Shown one piece after another: positions 13,210 through 25,042 of a DNA stretch of 64,000 nucleotides. Within the stretch, counting starts at the first letter, position 1, and each line of letters opens with the position of its first letter. A model generated the notes under the pieces. That model was not told the origin of the DNA and did not search any database. It worked only from the letters and a program-made list of their open reading frames with translations. This DNA is from an uncultured Actinomycetes bacterium (GTDB taxonomy: Bacteria; Actinomycetota; UBA4738; HRBIN12): contig OY969934.1 in NCBI GenBank assembly GCA_963704725.1, positions 1,504,001-1,568,000 of the forward strand. The letters run 5' to 3'. Made by a program: the position numbers and the translations under genes.

Positions 13210-15113
13210 GCTCGACCCATCACGACGTGACGCTGCTCTCGGACCAGGACGTGTACCTGTTCAACGAGGGGACGCACGCCCGCCTGTACGAGCGCCTGGG
13301 CGCGCATCCCATGGAGGTCGACGGCGAGGCCGGGACGTACTTCGCCGTGTGGGCTCCGAACGCCGAGGCCGTCTCGATGGTCGGCGACGCGAACGGCTGG
13401 GACCCGCGCTCGCACCCGCTCCGACCGCGGGGCTCCAGCGGGATCTGGGAAGCGTTCGTGCCGGGCGTGGGTCCGGGCGCCATCTACAAGTTCCACATCG
13501 TGTCGAACGTCGGCGGCTATCGCGTCGACAAGGGCGATCCGTTCGCGGCGTGGTGGGAGGTCCCGCCGAAGACGGCGAGCGTCGTGTGGGACACCGCGTA
13601 CGACTGGGGGGACGGCGACTGGATGCAGGTCCGCGCCGGCGCGAACGCGCTCGACGCTCCCGCCAGCGTCTACGAGGTGCACCTCGGCTCGTGGAGGCGG
13701 GACGAGGAGGGCGGGATGCTCGGGTACCGCGAGCTCGGCGAGCGACTGGCCGAGCACGTGCAGGCGCTCAACTTCACGCACGTCGAGCTGCTGCCGATCA
13801 TGGAGCACCCCTTCTACGGCTCCTGGGGGTATCAGACGACCGGGTACTTCGCGCCGTCGAGCCGGTACGGCACGCCCCAGGACCTCATGGCGATGATCGA
13901 CCTGCTCCATCGCGAGGGCATCGGCGTGATCCTGGACTGGGTGCCCTCGCACTTCGCCTCGGACGAGTTCGGGCTGGCCTACTTCGACGGGACTCACCTG
14001 TTCGAGCACGCCGACCCGCGGCAGGGGTTCCATCCGGACTGGGGGAGCTACATCTTCAACTACGGGCGCAACGAGGTCCGGAGCTTCCTGCTCTCCTCCG
14101 CCACCCACTGGCTCGACCGGTACCACGCCGACGCGCTCCGGGTCGACGCCGTCGCGTCGATGCTGTACCTGGACTACTCGCGCAAGGCGGGGGAGTGGAT
14201 CCCCAACGAGCGGGGCGGGCGCGAGAACCTGCGCGCCGTGGAGTTCCTCCGGGGCCTGAACGCCGCCGTGTACGCGAGCCATCCGGGGATCCAGACGATC
14301 GCCGAGGAGTCGACGGCCTGGCCGTCGGTGTCGCGCCCGATCGAGCTCGGAGGGCTGGGGTTCGGCCTCAAGTGGGACATGGGGTGGATGCACGACACCC
14401 TGCAGTACCTGTCGAAGGACCCCGTGTACCGGACCCACCAGCACGACATGATCACGTTCCGCATGCTGTACGCGTTCAACGAGAACTTCGTGCTCCCGCT
14501 GTCGCACGACGAGGTCGTGCACGGCAAGGGGTCGCTCCTGGCGAAGATGCCGGGAGACGACTGGCAGCGCTTCGCGAACCTCCGGCTCCTGTACGCGTAT
14601 CAGTTCGCGCAGCCCGGCAAGAAGCTGCTGTTCATGGGGGCCGAGCTGGCCCCGTGGAGCGAGTGGAACCACGACGCCGAGCTCGAATGGGACCTCCTGC
14701 AGCACGCCTCGCACGAGGGCATCCGCCGGCTGGTCGCCGATCTCGGGAAGCTCTACCGGGAGCATCCGTCCATGCACCAGCTCGACGCGAGCCCCGACGG
14801 GTTCGAGTGGGTCGACTCGTCGGACCGAGCGGCGAGCGTGCTCTCGTTCCTGCGGAAGGACCGCGCCGGCAACCCCGTCCTGTTCGTGGCCAACTTCACG
14901 CCGGTGCCCCGGCACCGCTACCGGATCGGCGTTCCCGAAGGGGGACGGTGGACCGAGCTGATGAACACCGACGCCGAGGTGTACGGCGGCAGCGGGCAGG
15001 GCAACTACGGGGGGCTCGAGGCCGACGACGTCGCGATGCACGGCCGGGAGCGGTCGCTCGCGCTCGTCCTGCCGCCGCTCGGCGCCGTCTTCATGACCCC
15101 GGAGGGGCGCTGA
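13206..15113 (+). CDS. glgB: 1,4-alpha-glucan branching enzyme
   Basis: [40 protein letters not shown] and [11 protein letters not shown] motifs. Confidence 0.97.
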   Translation: MSSTHHDVTLLSDQDVYLFNEGTHARLYERLGAHPMEVDGEAGTYFAVWAPNAEAVSMVGDANGWDPRSHPLRPRGSSGIWEAFVPGVGPGAIYKFHIVSNVGGYRVDKGDPFAAWWEVPPKTASVVWDTAYDWGDGDWMQVRAGANALDAPASVYEVHLGSWRRDEEGGMLGYRELGERLAEHVQALNFTHVELLPIMEHPFYGSWGYQTTGYFAPSSRYGTPQDLMAMIDLLHREGIGVILDWVPSHFASDEFGLAYFDGTHLFEHADPRQGFHPDWGSYIFNYGRNEVRSFLLSSATHWLDRYHADALRVDAVASMLYLDYSRKAGEWIPNERGGRENLRAVEFLRGLNAAVYASHPGIQTIAEESTAWPSVSRPIELGGLGFGLKWDMGWMHDTLQYLSKDPVYRTHQHDMITFRMLYAFNENFVLPLSHDEVVHGKGSLLAKMPGDDWQRFANLRLLYAYQFAQPGKKLLFMGAELAPWSEWNHDAELEWDLLQHASHEGIRRLVADLGKLYREHPSMHQLDASPDGFEWVDSSDRAASVLSFLRKDRAGNPVLFVANFTPVPRHRYRIGVPEGGRWTELMNTDAEVYGGSGQGNYGGLEADDVAMHGRERSLALVLPPLGAVFMTPEGR

Positions 15114-15132
15114 CCCCCGTGGCGAGCGCGGC

Positions 15133-17247
<2,115 letters not shown>

Positions 17248-17324
17248 GCGCTCGAGCAGCGAAGCGGTAGCGCCACGGTCGCGAGGTCGCCCCGCGACGT
17301 CGCGACCGGCTTAGGATCGGCGGG

Positions 17325-18884
17325 ATGACCCGGACCGTCTCCTCGTTGATCGACGGCGCGTGGCGCGAGGACGCGCCCGGCGGCACGCTCGCCATCGCGA
17401 ACCCCGCGCTGCTGGACGAGCCCGTGGCGGAGGCGCGACTCGGCGACGCGACGACGTTCGTGGAGGCCTGCCGCGCTGCCCGCGAGGCGCAGCTCGCGTG
17501 GGCCCGCGTGCCGGCGCCGGTACGAGGGCGCGCCGTCCAGCTGCTCGGCCGGCTCGTGGAGGACAACGCCGAGGCGCTGGCGCGGACGCTCACCCGTGAG
17601 ATCGGCAAGCCGGTCCGCGAGTCGCGGGGATCGGTGCAGGAGGTCGTCGACACGTGCAGCTTCTTCGTGTCGGAGGGCCGCCGCCTGTACGGGATGACGG
17701 TGCCGAGCGAGCTCCCCGACAAGCAGCTCTTCACGTTCCGCAACCCCGTCGGGGTGGCGGCGATCGTCACGGCCGGCAACTTCCCGGTGGCCGTGCCCTC
17801 GTGGTACCTGGTGCCGGCGCTCCTCTGCGGCAACACCGTGGTGTGGAAGCCGGCCGAGTACGCGCCGGCCACGTCCGAGGCCCTGGCGCGGCTCTTCACG
17901 CACGCCGGGTTCCCGCCCGGCGTGTTCAACATGGTGCTGGCCGAAGGCTCCGTCGCGTTCGAGGGGCTGGAGTGCGCGCTCGGCGAGGGCCTGGTGGACA
18001 AGGTCGGGTTCACCGGGTCGACCGAGGTAGGGCGGCGGATCGGCGAGCTCTGCGGTCGCCACCTGCAGTCGGCGTGTCTCGAGCTCGGGGGCAAGAACCC
18101 GCTCGTGGTGATGCCGGACGCCGACCTCGAGCTCGCGGTGGAGGGGGCGCTGTTCAGCGGGTTCGGCACGGCGGGGCAGCGGTGCACGTCGCTCGGGACG
18201 GTGATCGTCCACGCGTCCGTCCACGACGAGTTCGTCCGAGCGCTGTCGCGCGCGGTCGCGGACGCGGCGATCGGGGATCCGTTCGCCGACGTGCTCTACG
18301 GGCCGATGATCAGTGCGCGGTTCTGCGATCGGTTCCTCGGCTGGCTCGACTGGGTGCGGCCGCACCACGCGCTCCACGGCTCGAGCGGGACGGGACGCAT
18401 CACCGCGGCGAACCCCCGGGCCGGCTTCGTCGGCGATCCCGACGACGGTCTGTTCTGCCACCCAACGATCGTCGACGGCGTGACGATGGACGACGACCTG
18501 TACAAGCAGGAGACGTTCGGCCCCATCGTCGGCGTGGCCACGTTCGACACCTTCGACGAGGCGATCGCCCTCGCGAACGGCCACGGGTACGGGCTCTCGT
18601 CGTCGATCTACACGAACGATCCGAAGAGCGTGTTCCGGTTCCGCGAGCGCGTCTCGGCCGGGATGGTGAGCGTCAACAACTCGACCTCCGGCGCCGAGGC
18701 GCACCTGCCGTTCGGCGGGAACGGGCGCAGCGGCAACGGTTCGCGCCAGTCGGGCGTGTGGGTGCTCGACCAGTTCACGCGGTGGCAGGCGATGAACTGG
18801 GACTACAGCGGCCGGCTGCAGAAGGCCCAGATGGACGTGACCGACCTGGCCGCCGACTCCGCGTTCCGGCTCCCCGTCGACTGA
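17325..18884 (+). CDS. NAD(P)-dependent aldehyde dehydrogenase
   Basis: GNFPVA, FTGSTEVG, LELGGKNP, catalytic GQRCT, ETFGP and PFGG motifs. Confidence 0.93.
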   Translation: MTRTVSSLIDGAWREDAPGGTLAIANPALLDEPVAEARLGDATTFVEACRAAREAQLAWARVPAPVRGRAVQLLGRLVEDNAEALARTLTREIGKPVRESRGSVQEVVDTCSFFVSEGRRLYGMTVPSELPDKQLFTFRNPVGVAAIVTAGNFPVAVPSWYLVPALLCGNTVVWKPAEYAPATSEALARLFTHAGFPPGVFNMVLAEGSVAFEGLECALGEGLVDKVGFTGSTEVGRRIGELCGRHLQSACLELGGKNPLVVMPDADLELAVEGALFSGFGTAGQRCTSLGTVIVHASVHDEFVRALSRAVADAAIGDPFADVLYGPMISARFCDRFLGWLDWVRPHHALHGSSGTGRITAANPRAGFVGDPDDGLFCHPTIVDGVTMDDDLYKQETFGPIVGVATFDTFDEAIALANGHGYGLSSSIYTNDPKSVFRFRERVSAGMVSVNNSTSGAEAHLPFGGNGRSGNGSRQSGVWVLDQFTRWQAMNWDYSGRLQKAQMDVTDLAADSAFRLPVD

Positions 18885-18911
18885 CCGGCCCGCCCGATAC
18901 GCTTGCGCCCG

Positions 18912-20156
18912 ATGGCTCCGGAAGCGCTCACGTTGGTCCGCGCGGGGCACCTGCTCGACGTCGTCGCCGGCGAGCTCCGGCCTGCGCAGGCGATCTCGGT
19001 CCTGGGCGAACGGATCGAGTCGGTCGGGCCGGACGACGGCGTCGTGCCGCCCGGAGCCCGCGTGATCGATCTGTCGGATCTCACAGTCCTGCCGGGTCTC
19101 ATCGACTGCCACACCCATCTGGTGGGCGAGATCGAATCGGGGCACGGGTACTCGGTGCTCGTCGAGCGCACCGGCGCCCAGGAGGCGCTCGCCGGCGTTC
19201 GCAACGCGCGCGACACGGTGCTGGCCGGCTTCACCACCGTCCGCGACGTCGGGACGTTCCGCGCGCTCGTCGACGTCGCGCTGCGCGAGGCGATCGAGGC
19301 CGGCGACGTGCTCGGCCCGAGGATGCGGTGCGCGGGCGCCTACGTGACATGCTCGGGAGGGGCGGGAGACGTGACCGGCCTCGCCCCGGACGTCGACGCC
19401 GTCGTCCCTCGCGAGCTCCGCTTCGGCGTGGCCAACTCCGTGGACGAGGTGCGCGACGCCGTCCGGCGGATCCTGCACGGCGGCGCCGACCTCATCAAGA
19501 TCATGGCGACCGGCGCCGTGCTGACCGAGGGGACGACCCCCGGCGCGGCCGAGCTCTCCGAGGCCGAGCTCCGGGCGGCGGTCGAGGAGGCCGCCCTGTA
19601 CGGGGCGCCCGTGGCGGCGCACGCGCACGGCGCCGAGGGCATGAAGCGCGCCATCCGCGCCGGGGTCCGCTCGATCGAGCACGGCTCGCTGATGGACGAC
19701 GAGGCCATCGCGATGCTCGCCGAGAGCGGCACCTATCTCGTCGCCGATGTCTACGACGGCGACTGGATCGCCGAGCAGGGCGCGGAGCAGGGCTGGTCCC
19801 CGGAGGTGCTCCGCAAGAACGAGGAGACGACGCAGGCTCAGCGTGACGGGTTCGCGAGGTGTGTGGAGGCGGGGGTTCGCCTCGCGTTCGGGACCGACAG
19901 CGGCGTCTACCCGCACGGGCTGAACGCGCGGCAGCTCGCGTACATGGTCAGGTACGGGATGACTCCGTTGCAGGCGATCCGAAGTGCGACCGTCGTGGCC
20001 GCGGACCTGATCGGGTGGCCGGACCGCGTGGGATCGATCGAGCCCGGTCGCCTGGCCGACCTCGTCGCGGTGCCCGGTAATCCTCTGGAGCGGATCGAGC
20101 TGCTCGAGGACGTGCCCGTGGTGGTCAAGGGCGGTGCCGTCCTCGAGGGTCTTTGA
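18912..20156 (+). CDS. Metal-dependent amidohydrolase (Xaa-Pro dipeptidase-like)
   Basis: PGLIDCHTHL, AGFTTVRDVG, IKIMATG, AHAHG, IEHG and FGTDSG motifs. Confidence 0.9.
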   Translation: MAPEALTLVRAGHLLDVVAGELRPAQAISVLGERIESVGPDDGVVPPGARVIDLSDLTVLPGLIDCHTHLVGEIESGHGYSVLVERTGAQEALAGVRNARDTVLAGFTTVRDVGTFRALVDVALREAIEAGDVLGPRMRCAGAYVTCSGGAGDVTGLAPDVDAVVPRELRFGVANSVDEVRDAVRRILHGGADLIKIMATGAVLTEGTTPGAAELSEAELRAAVEEAALYGAPVAAHAHGAEGMKRAIRAGVRSIEHGSLMDDEAIAMLAESGTYLVADVYDGDWIAEQGAEQGWSPEVLRKNEETTQAQRDGFARCVEAGVRLAFGTDSGVYPHGLNARQLAYMVRYGMTPLQAIRSATVVAADLIGWPDRVGSIEPGRLADLVAVPGNPLERIELLEDVPVVVKGGAVLEGL

Positions 20157-20228
20157 CCCCGCGGAGACTCGCGCCGCCCCCGCGGGCGGCGGTAGGCTGT
20201 CGCCGGCTCGCACCCGAAGGAGCGATCG

Positions 20229-20780
20229 ATGAAGACCTGTCCGTACTGCGCCGAGGAGATCAAGGACGCCGCCATCCGATGCCGGTGGTGCCTCACCTGG
20301 CTCGTCGAGGAGGTCCCGGCGGGCGCCGAGACCAAGCCGTCGATGGCCGCCGAGCCGGCGGAGGCGCCCAGGGAGTACCCGCAGGCCACGATCGTCCAGG
20401 CCGTCCCCGTCGAGGCCAAGGTGGAGGAGCCCGCCGTCCGGGAGCCGGTCGCGGCGGAGCCCGTGGTGACCTCGGCGATGGAGCCGGTGGTGGCGCCCGC
20501 CCAGCTCGAGCCGGCGGCTCAGGCCGCGCCGGCAGAGGCCGCCGCCCAGGCAGCTCCCGCTCCGGCTGCCGCGGACACCAAGATCGAGTTCACCCACACG
20601 GGCACGCGCTACCTGCTCGGCTACGGCGGCGACTACTTCGGCATCTGGGACCGGAACGCGCCCCAGCAGGCGCTCGAGCGCTTCCCGCGCAACGACGAGG
20701 GATGGGCGAGCGCCTGGCAGCGCTATTCCGTGATCGAGACCAATTGGATGGACCTACGCACGGGGCAGAAGTCGAGCTGA
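20229..20780 (+). CDS. Zinc-ribbon protein with Pro/Ala/Glu linker and aromatic-rich C-terminal domain
   Basis: RBS AAGGAG. N-terminal KTCPYCAEEIKDAAIRCRWC. Function not recognised. Confidence 0.8.
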   Translation: MKTCPYCAEEIKDAAIRCRWCLTWLVEEVPAGAETKPSMAAEPAEAPREYPQATIVQAVPVEAKVEEPAVREPVAAEPVVTSAMEPVVAPAQLEPAAQAAPAEAAAQAAPAPAAADTKIEFTHTGTRYLLGYGGDYFGIWDRNAPQQALERFPRNDEGWASAWQRYSVIETNWMDLRTGQKSS

Positions 20781-20818
20781 TCAGGTTCGGCACCCGGCGC
20801 TGCTAGGCTTCGAAATCC

Positions 20819-20889
20819 GCGGGCGTAGCTCAATGGCAGAGCTCCAGCCTTCCAAGCTGGTCATGCGGGTTCGATTCCCGTCGCCCGCT
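20819..20889 (+). tRNA. tRNA-Gly (TCC)
   Basis: GCGGGCGTAGCTCAATGGCAGAGCTCCAGCCTTCCAAGCTGGTCATGCGGGTTCGATTCCCGTCGCCCGCT cloverleaf, with -10-like TAGGCT upstream. Confidence 0.96.
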
Positions 20890-21206
20890 CCGCTGCTCAG
20901 GGCGCGTCTTCGCAGGTCAGACGTCTGATCGGGGGCGCGCTCGCCTTCTCGCTGCCACGCAGCGTTGCTCGTCGTTTCGTGCTCTCGCCCGGAACGGATG
21001 CGGGACAGGCCGGGACGTGCCCGGAGCAGCAGACGGGTCCCCAGCGTCCCTCCTCGAATCGAGGAGGCCATCGTCGATCGCCTCGACGCGTTGCTTCGCG
21101 CGTCCCTCCAGGTTGAGTTGGCCGCCGGCTAACGCCTTGGCTCTGGGCGCGAGCGCGCGGCAGATGGGTGTTGCATTGGCTTAGCCGGAAAGGCGGAGGC
21201 GCCGAT

Positions 21207-22154
21207 GTGAACTCCGTGCGACGCGTCCAACGCCCCCCCGCCGGCGTCGGCCTCATGGCTGGCCTGTTTGCGTTCGTGGCCCTGAGCGCTCTCTTCATGG
21301 GCGGCGCCGCGCTATCCGCCGATGCTGATCGAACGAATCGAATCATCGCGATCGGGATGTTCGTCTCGCTGCTCGCCTCGTCGGTCGTGCTCGCGAGGTC
21401 GCTCTTCCTGGCCGTCTTCGGCAGTCGGATCGCCGCGCGACGCTGGTCGCGGATCAACCGCGAGCTGCATGACTTGGGGTTCCGGGATGCGGTGCCTCAC
21501 GAGGTGAGCGACACCCTGGGTCTTCCAGTCCAAGTGCTTGCGCCGTACATGCTGGCGCGAAGGAGGGGGGGCGGGATCGACCACCTAACGCTTGGAGAGG
21601 TCGACGGGCGCGAGATTCGTTGCTTCAACGTGCGGATTCGAGGCGGCGGTTGGGTTGATGTCCCTGCTGTGGCCATGAAGATCGACGCCTCCCTCTCGGC
21701 AACCGTGATCCGGCCCTTCAAGAGCCCGATTGCGCCTCGCCCCGACATGAAACGGGCCCTATTCGAGCATGAGGAGTTCAATCGCTCGGTTGCCGTCTTC
21801 TCGGTCGACGCGTTCTTCGCGAGCGCGATGGTTGATGCTCGGATGATGGATTGGCTCCGCAGGAACCTCCGGAGGACGACCATCGAACTCGCCGACCGGT
21901 GGGTGATCGCCTGGAACTGGCCCGGCCGCAGATTCGGTCGACGCCCCTTGGAACTCATCGACCTGCTTCTCGACTTCGATGGGCGAATCCCGCGCGCTCT
22001 CCCCTCGTTGTTCCCCGGGCGACATGACCACACAAGGTGGCGCCACCGGGCCGCGAGGTCGTCGATACGAGCCCCGGTCGACCAGGCGCGGAGCGAGCGC
22101 GGAACAGAGCGGATGACGGTGCGTTTGCGCAGGTCAGGGCTTAAGAAGTTCTAG
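21207..22154 (+). CDS. Hypothetical membrane protein (2 N-terminal TM segments), islet cargo
   Basis: ORF 21168..22154. GTG at 21207 follows GGAGG. The stop overlaps the att-like repeat. Confidence 0.65.
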   Translation: MNSVRRVQRPPAGVGLMAGLFAFVALSALFMGGAALSADADRTNRIIAIGMFVSLLASSVVLARSLFLAVFGSRIAARRWSRINRELHDLGFRDAVPHEVSDTLGLPVQVLAPYMLARRRGGGIDHLTLGEVDGREIRCFNVRIRGGGWVDVPAVAMKIDASLSATVIRPFKSPIAPRPDMKRALFEHEEFNRSVAVFSVDAFFASAMVDARMMDWLRRNLRRTTIELADRWVIAWNWPGRRFGRRPLELIDLLLDFDGRIPRALPSLFPGRHDHTRWRHRAARSSIRAPVDQARSERGTERMTVRLRRSGLKKF

Positions 22155-22190
22155 CCTTCCAAGCTGTCATGCGGGTTCGACTCCGTCACC
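22153..22190 (+). repeat. attR-like degenerate copy of the tRNA-Gly 3' half
   Basis: AGCCTTCCAAGCTG-TCATGCGGGTTCGACTCCGTCACC versus tRNA AGCCTTCCAAGCTGGTCATGCGGGTTCGATTCCCGTCGCC. Confidence 0.88.
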
Positions 22191-22226
22191 GGATCGCTGC
22201 GAGCGACGACTCCGCCGCCCGGATCG

Positions 22227-22535
22227 CTAGGCGAAGAGCCGAGCGATCGCCGTCCCTGCCGCCGCCACGACCACCACCACCAGGAGCGGTGCCTTCCGCC
22301 ACAGTGCGATCGCGGCGGCGGCCACGCCGATCAGCCGGGCGTCGAACGCGAGCGCTTGGCCGTTCCCGAACGTCTGCACGGCGACGAGGGCGCCGAGGAG
22401 CGCCGGTGCGAGGAGCTCGACGACCCCGGTCAGGCGAGGGGGGAGAGGCCGCCCGCCGAGCAGGACCGGACCGGCCGCCTTGATCGCCACGGTCCCGACG
22501 CCCACGAGCGCCACGACGAGCCAGGTGTCGCTCAT
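22227..22535 (-). CDS. azlD: AzlD-domain branched-chain amino acid transporter small subunit
   Basis: 102-aa hydrophobic protein (LLAPALLGALVAVQ, DARL) coupled to the AzlC-like gene. Confidence 0.82.
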   Translation of the reverse strand: MSDTWLVVALVGVGTVAIKAAGPVLLGGRPLPPRLTGVVELLAPALLGALVAVQTFGNGQALAFDARLIGVAAAAIALWRKAPLLVVVVVAAAGTAIARLFA

Positions 22536-23203
22536 CGCCGTGCTCCGAGGAGACAGGCCGCGCTCGCCGCAACGATCGGTACGCCGGCGGGTGCGACCGG
22601 TGTGAGCGCGAGGGCGATCGCTCCGCCGAGGAGCGCCGCCTGGACCGGACGCCGCCCGCGGAGCTGCGGGACGAGCAGCGCGAGGAACAGCGCCGGGAAC
22701 GCCGCGTCGAGCCCGATCGTGGAGGGATCACCGAGCGCCTCCCCGCCGAACGCTCCGATCGCGGTGCCGGCCAGCCAGCTCACATACAGCACGAGGCCTG
22801 CGCCGATCAGCACGCGGGGGTCGAACCGGCCGTCGCCCTCGGCCGCGACCGCCCAGGACTCGTCCACGACCAGCTGGGAGTGCAGGAGGCGGGAGAGCGT
22901 CGACCCCTCGAGGTAGGGAGCGACCGAGACGCCGATCGGTCCGTACCGGGAGTTCAGCAGGATCGCCGCGGTGACGGCGGCCGCCACCGTCCCACCGTCG
23001 CCGAGGATCGAGACGGCGGCGAACTGCGCGGAGCCGGCGAACGTCGTGGCCGACATCACGATCGGCGCCAACCAGCCGAGACCGGCCGCGCGAGCGAGCA
23101 CGCCGAACGAGACGCCGAACCCGACGACGGCGACGGCGAGGGGGGCGACGGCCCTGGCCCCGTGGCGGTACCCCTTCGATGCGATCCCGGCCTCCCGGCT
23201 CAC
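22532..23203 (-). CDS. azlC: AzlC family amino acid exporter permease
   Basis: GVSFGVLA, MSATTFAGSAQF, LLNSRY, VDESWA and GLDAAFPALFLALL motifs. Confidence 0.88.
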   Translation of the reverse strand: MSREAGIASKGYRHGARAVAPLAVAVVGFGVSFGVLARAAGLGWLAPIVMSATTFAGSAQFAAVSILGDGGTVAAAVTAAILLNSRYGPIGVSVAPYLEGSTLSRLLHSQLVVDESWAVAAEGDGRFDPRVLIGAGLVLYVSWLAGTAIGAFGGEALGDPSTIGLDAAFPALFLALLVPQLRGRRPVQAALLGGAIALALTPVAPAGVPIVAASAACLLGARR

Positions 23204-23400
23204 GGTCCGATCCGAGGCCAGTCTCCCGGTTCGCGCGAGTCGACGCCCGCCGCCGAGGCCGCCGCGCCGACGACGCCGAGCGCGGCGGGCACCGCCACCA
23301 ACGCCCATCCGGCCGCCCACCCGATCGCGGTGACCGCGACCAGCAGGAGGACGACCAGGCCGGCTCGAGCGGACCCATCGGGAGAGGGACGCCGGTCCAT
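23200..23400 (-). CDS. Small hydrophobic protein (66 aa) coupled to azlC
   Basis: Strong RBS AAGGAGG before ATG 23400. Stop overlaps the azlC GTG. Two hydrophobic runs. Confidence 0.6.
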   Translation of the reverse strand: MDRRPSPDGSARAGLVVLLLVAVTAIGWAAGWALVAVPAALGVVGAAASAAGVDSREPGDWPRIGP

Positions 23401-23551
23401 CGCAACCTCCTTCCGGTCCGCGCCATCCAATCCCCCCACCAATCGGGCTTGTGACGACGCGTCTCAGGGGCGATACTCGACCCCTACGCCAGACCATTTC
23501 TACGGCCAATCGAGCCAGATTGGAATGAAGATGGCCACGTACCCCGCTGCG

Positions 23552-25027
23552 ATGCCGGGATCCACCCCCACGGCTCCGACCCTCACCGGGTGGACGAGCG
23601 CGTCATCCGGTCCGCTGTACCGGCGCCTGGCCGAGGCGATCCGGGCCGCGATCCGCCGCGGCGAGCTCCTGAGCGGGTCCCGCTTGCCCACCGAACGGGC
23701 GCTCGCCTCCGAGCTCTCGGTGAGCCGGAGCACGGTGGTCGCCGCCTACGACCTCCTCCGCGGGGAGGGGTGGCTCGAGAGCCGGCAGGGGAGCGGGACG
23801 TGGGTCCGGCGCCACGCCTCGGTCGTGCGATTCGGCGAGGACCGGCCGGGGTTCCTCGGCCGGTCGACGGTGACCTTCCGCGCGTTGATCGAGGGGCCCG
23901 GCGAGGGCATCGAGTTCACGACCGCCGCGCTGACGGCCGGCGACCTGTTCGAACGCCCCTCGATCGCCCGGGCGGTGGAGGACCTCGCGTCGTTCGCCCG
24001 CTCGGCGATCGGGTACGAGGCCGTCGGCCATGGGCCGCTTCGCGCCGCGATCGCGGATCACCTCACGCGCCGGTGGTACCTGCCCACCGCCGAGGAGGAG
24101 GTCATCGTGACCACGGGCGCCCAGCAGGCCATCGGGCTGGCGGCGTCGCTGTACGCCAGGCCCGGCGAGGTCGTCGCCGTCGAGGACCCGACGTACCTCA
24201 CTGCGATCGACGTGTTCACGGCCGCCGGCGTCCGCCTGCTCCCGATCCCCATCGGCGTCCAGGGGATGCGGCCGGAGCGCCTGCGCGAGGTGCTGCGCGA
24301 GTCTGCGCCCCGGTTCACCTACCTCATGCCCACGTACCAGAACCCGACGGGCGCCTCGATCCCCGAGCGGGAACGCCGCGAGATCGCGTTCCTCGCCGAG
24401 GAGCTCCAGGTCCCGATCGTCGAGGACCTGACCGTCGCCGACCTGTACCTGGGGGACCCGCCCCCGCCTCCCATCGGGGCCTTCCAGGGCGAGGTCCCGG
24501 TGCTCACGATCGGTTCGCTGTCCAAGGTCTTGTGGGGTGGGCTCCGGGTCGGTTGGATCCGCGCCCCCGCCCCCGTGATCCAGCGGCTGGGACGGATGAA
24601 GCTCGTCATGGATCACGGCAGCTCGACCGTGAGCCAGATCCTGGCGCTCCGGCTGATGGGCGAGCTCGACGAGGTCGCGGACGAGCGCCGCGCCCTGGTC
24701 CGCGAGCGGAAGGACCGGCTCGAGGGCCTCCTGCGAGAGCTCCTGCCTACGTGGACGTGGGACCCGCCGGCCGGCGGGCTCTGCCTGTGGGTGCGGCTGC
24801 CGGCCGGCGACGCGACGTCGCTCTCCCACGTCGCCACGCGCCACGGCGTGACGCTCGTCCCCGGGCCGATGACGTCGGTGGACGGCAACTTCGGCGACCG
24901 CGTGCGCCTGCCGTTCGTGCTCGAGCCGGGGGAGATGCGCGAGGGCGTGGAGCGGCTGGCGCGAGCGTGGGCGGAGTACGAGCCGACCATCGGCGCCGCA
25001 CCGAGGGCCGTCCGCGTCGTCGTCTGA
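23552..25027 (+). CDS. MocR/GabR family regulator (GntR wHTH plus PLP aminotransferase-like domain)
   Basis: RLPTERALASELSVSRSTVVAAYDLL, TTGAQQA, PTYQNPTG and GSLSKVLWGGLRVGW motifs. Start uncertain (23525, 23531 or 23552). Confidence 0.92.
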   Translation: MPGSTPTAPTLTGWTSASSGPLYRRLAEAIRAAIRRGELLSGSRLPTERALASELSVSRSTVVAAYDLLRGEGWLESRQGSGTWVRRHASVVRFGEDRPGFLGRSTVTFRALIEGPGEGIEFTTAALTAGDLFERPSIARAVEDLASFARSAIGYEAVGHGPLRAAIADHLTRRWYLPTAEEEVIVTTGAQQAIGLAASLYARPGEVVAVEDPTYLTAIDVFTAAGVRLLPIPIGVQGMRPERLREVLRESAPRFTYLMPTYQNPTGASIPERERREIAFLAEELQVPIVEDLTVADLYLGDPPPPPIGAFQGEVPVLTIGSLSKVLWGGLRVGWIRAPAPVIQRLGRMKLVMDHGSSTVSQILALRLMGELDEVADERRALVRERKDRLEGLLRELLPTWTWDPPAGGLCLWVRLPAGDATSLSHVATRHGVTLVPGPMTSVDGNFGDRVRLPFVLEPGEMREGVERLARAWAEYEPTIGAAPRAVRVVV

Positions 25028-25042
25028 GGAGAAGGAGCTCCG

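Larger units (their letters stand above)
20846..22190. mobile_element. Degenerate 1.3-kb genomic islet integrated at tRNA-Gly (no intact integrase)
   Basis: The tRNA 3' half (20846-20886) recurs imperfectly at 22153-22190. One cargo gene lies between, and looks more AT-rich than the flanks. Confidence 0.75.

Noticed and set aside
22153-22190. Second tRNA-Gly gene
   Set aside because: It lacks the 5' acceptor strand and D-arm and has indels in the stems. It is an att-like fragment.
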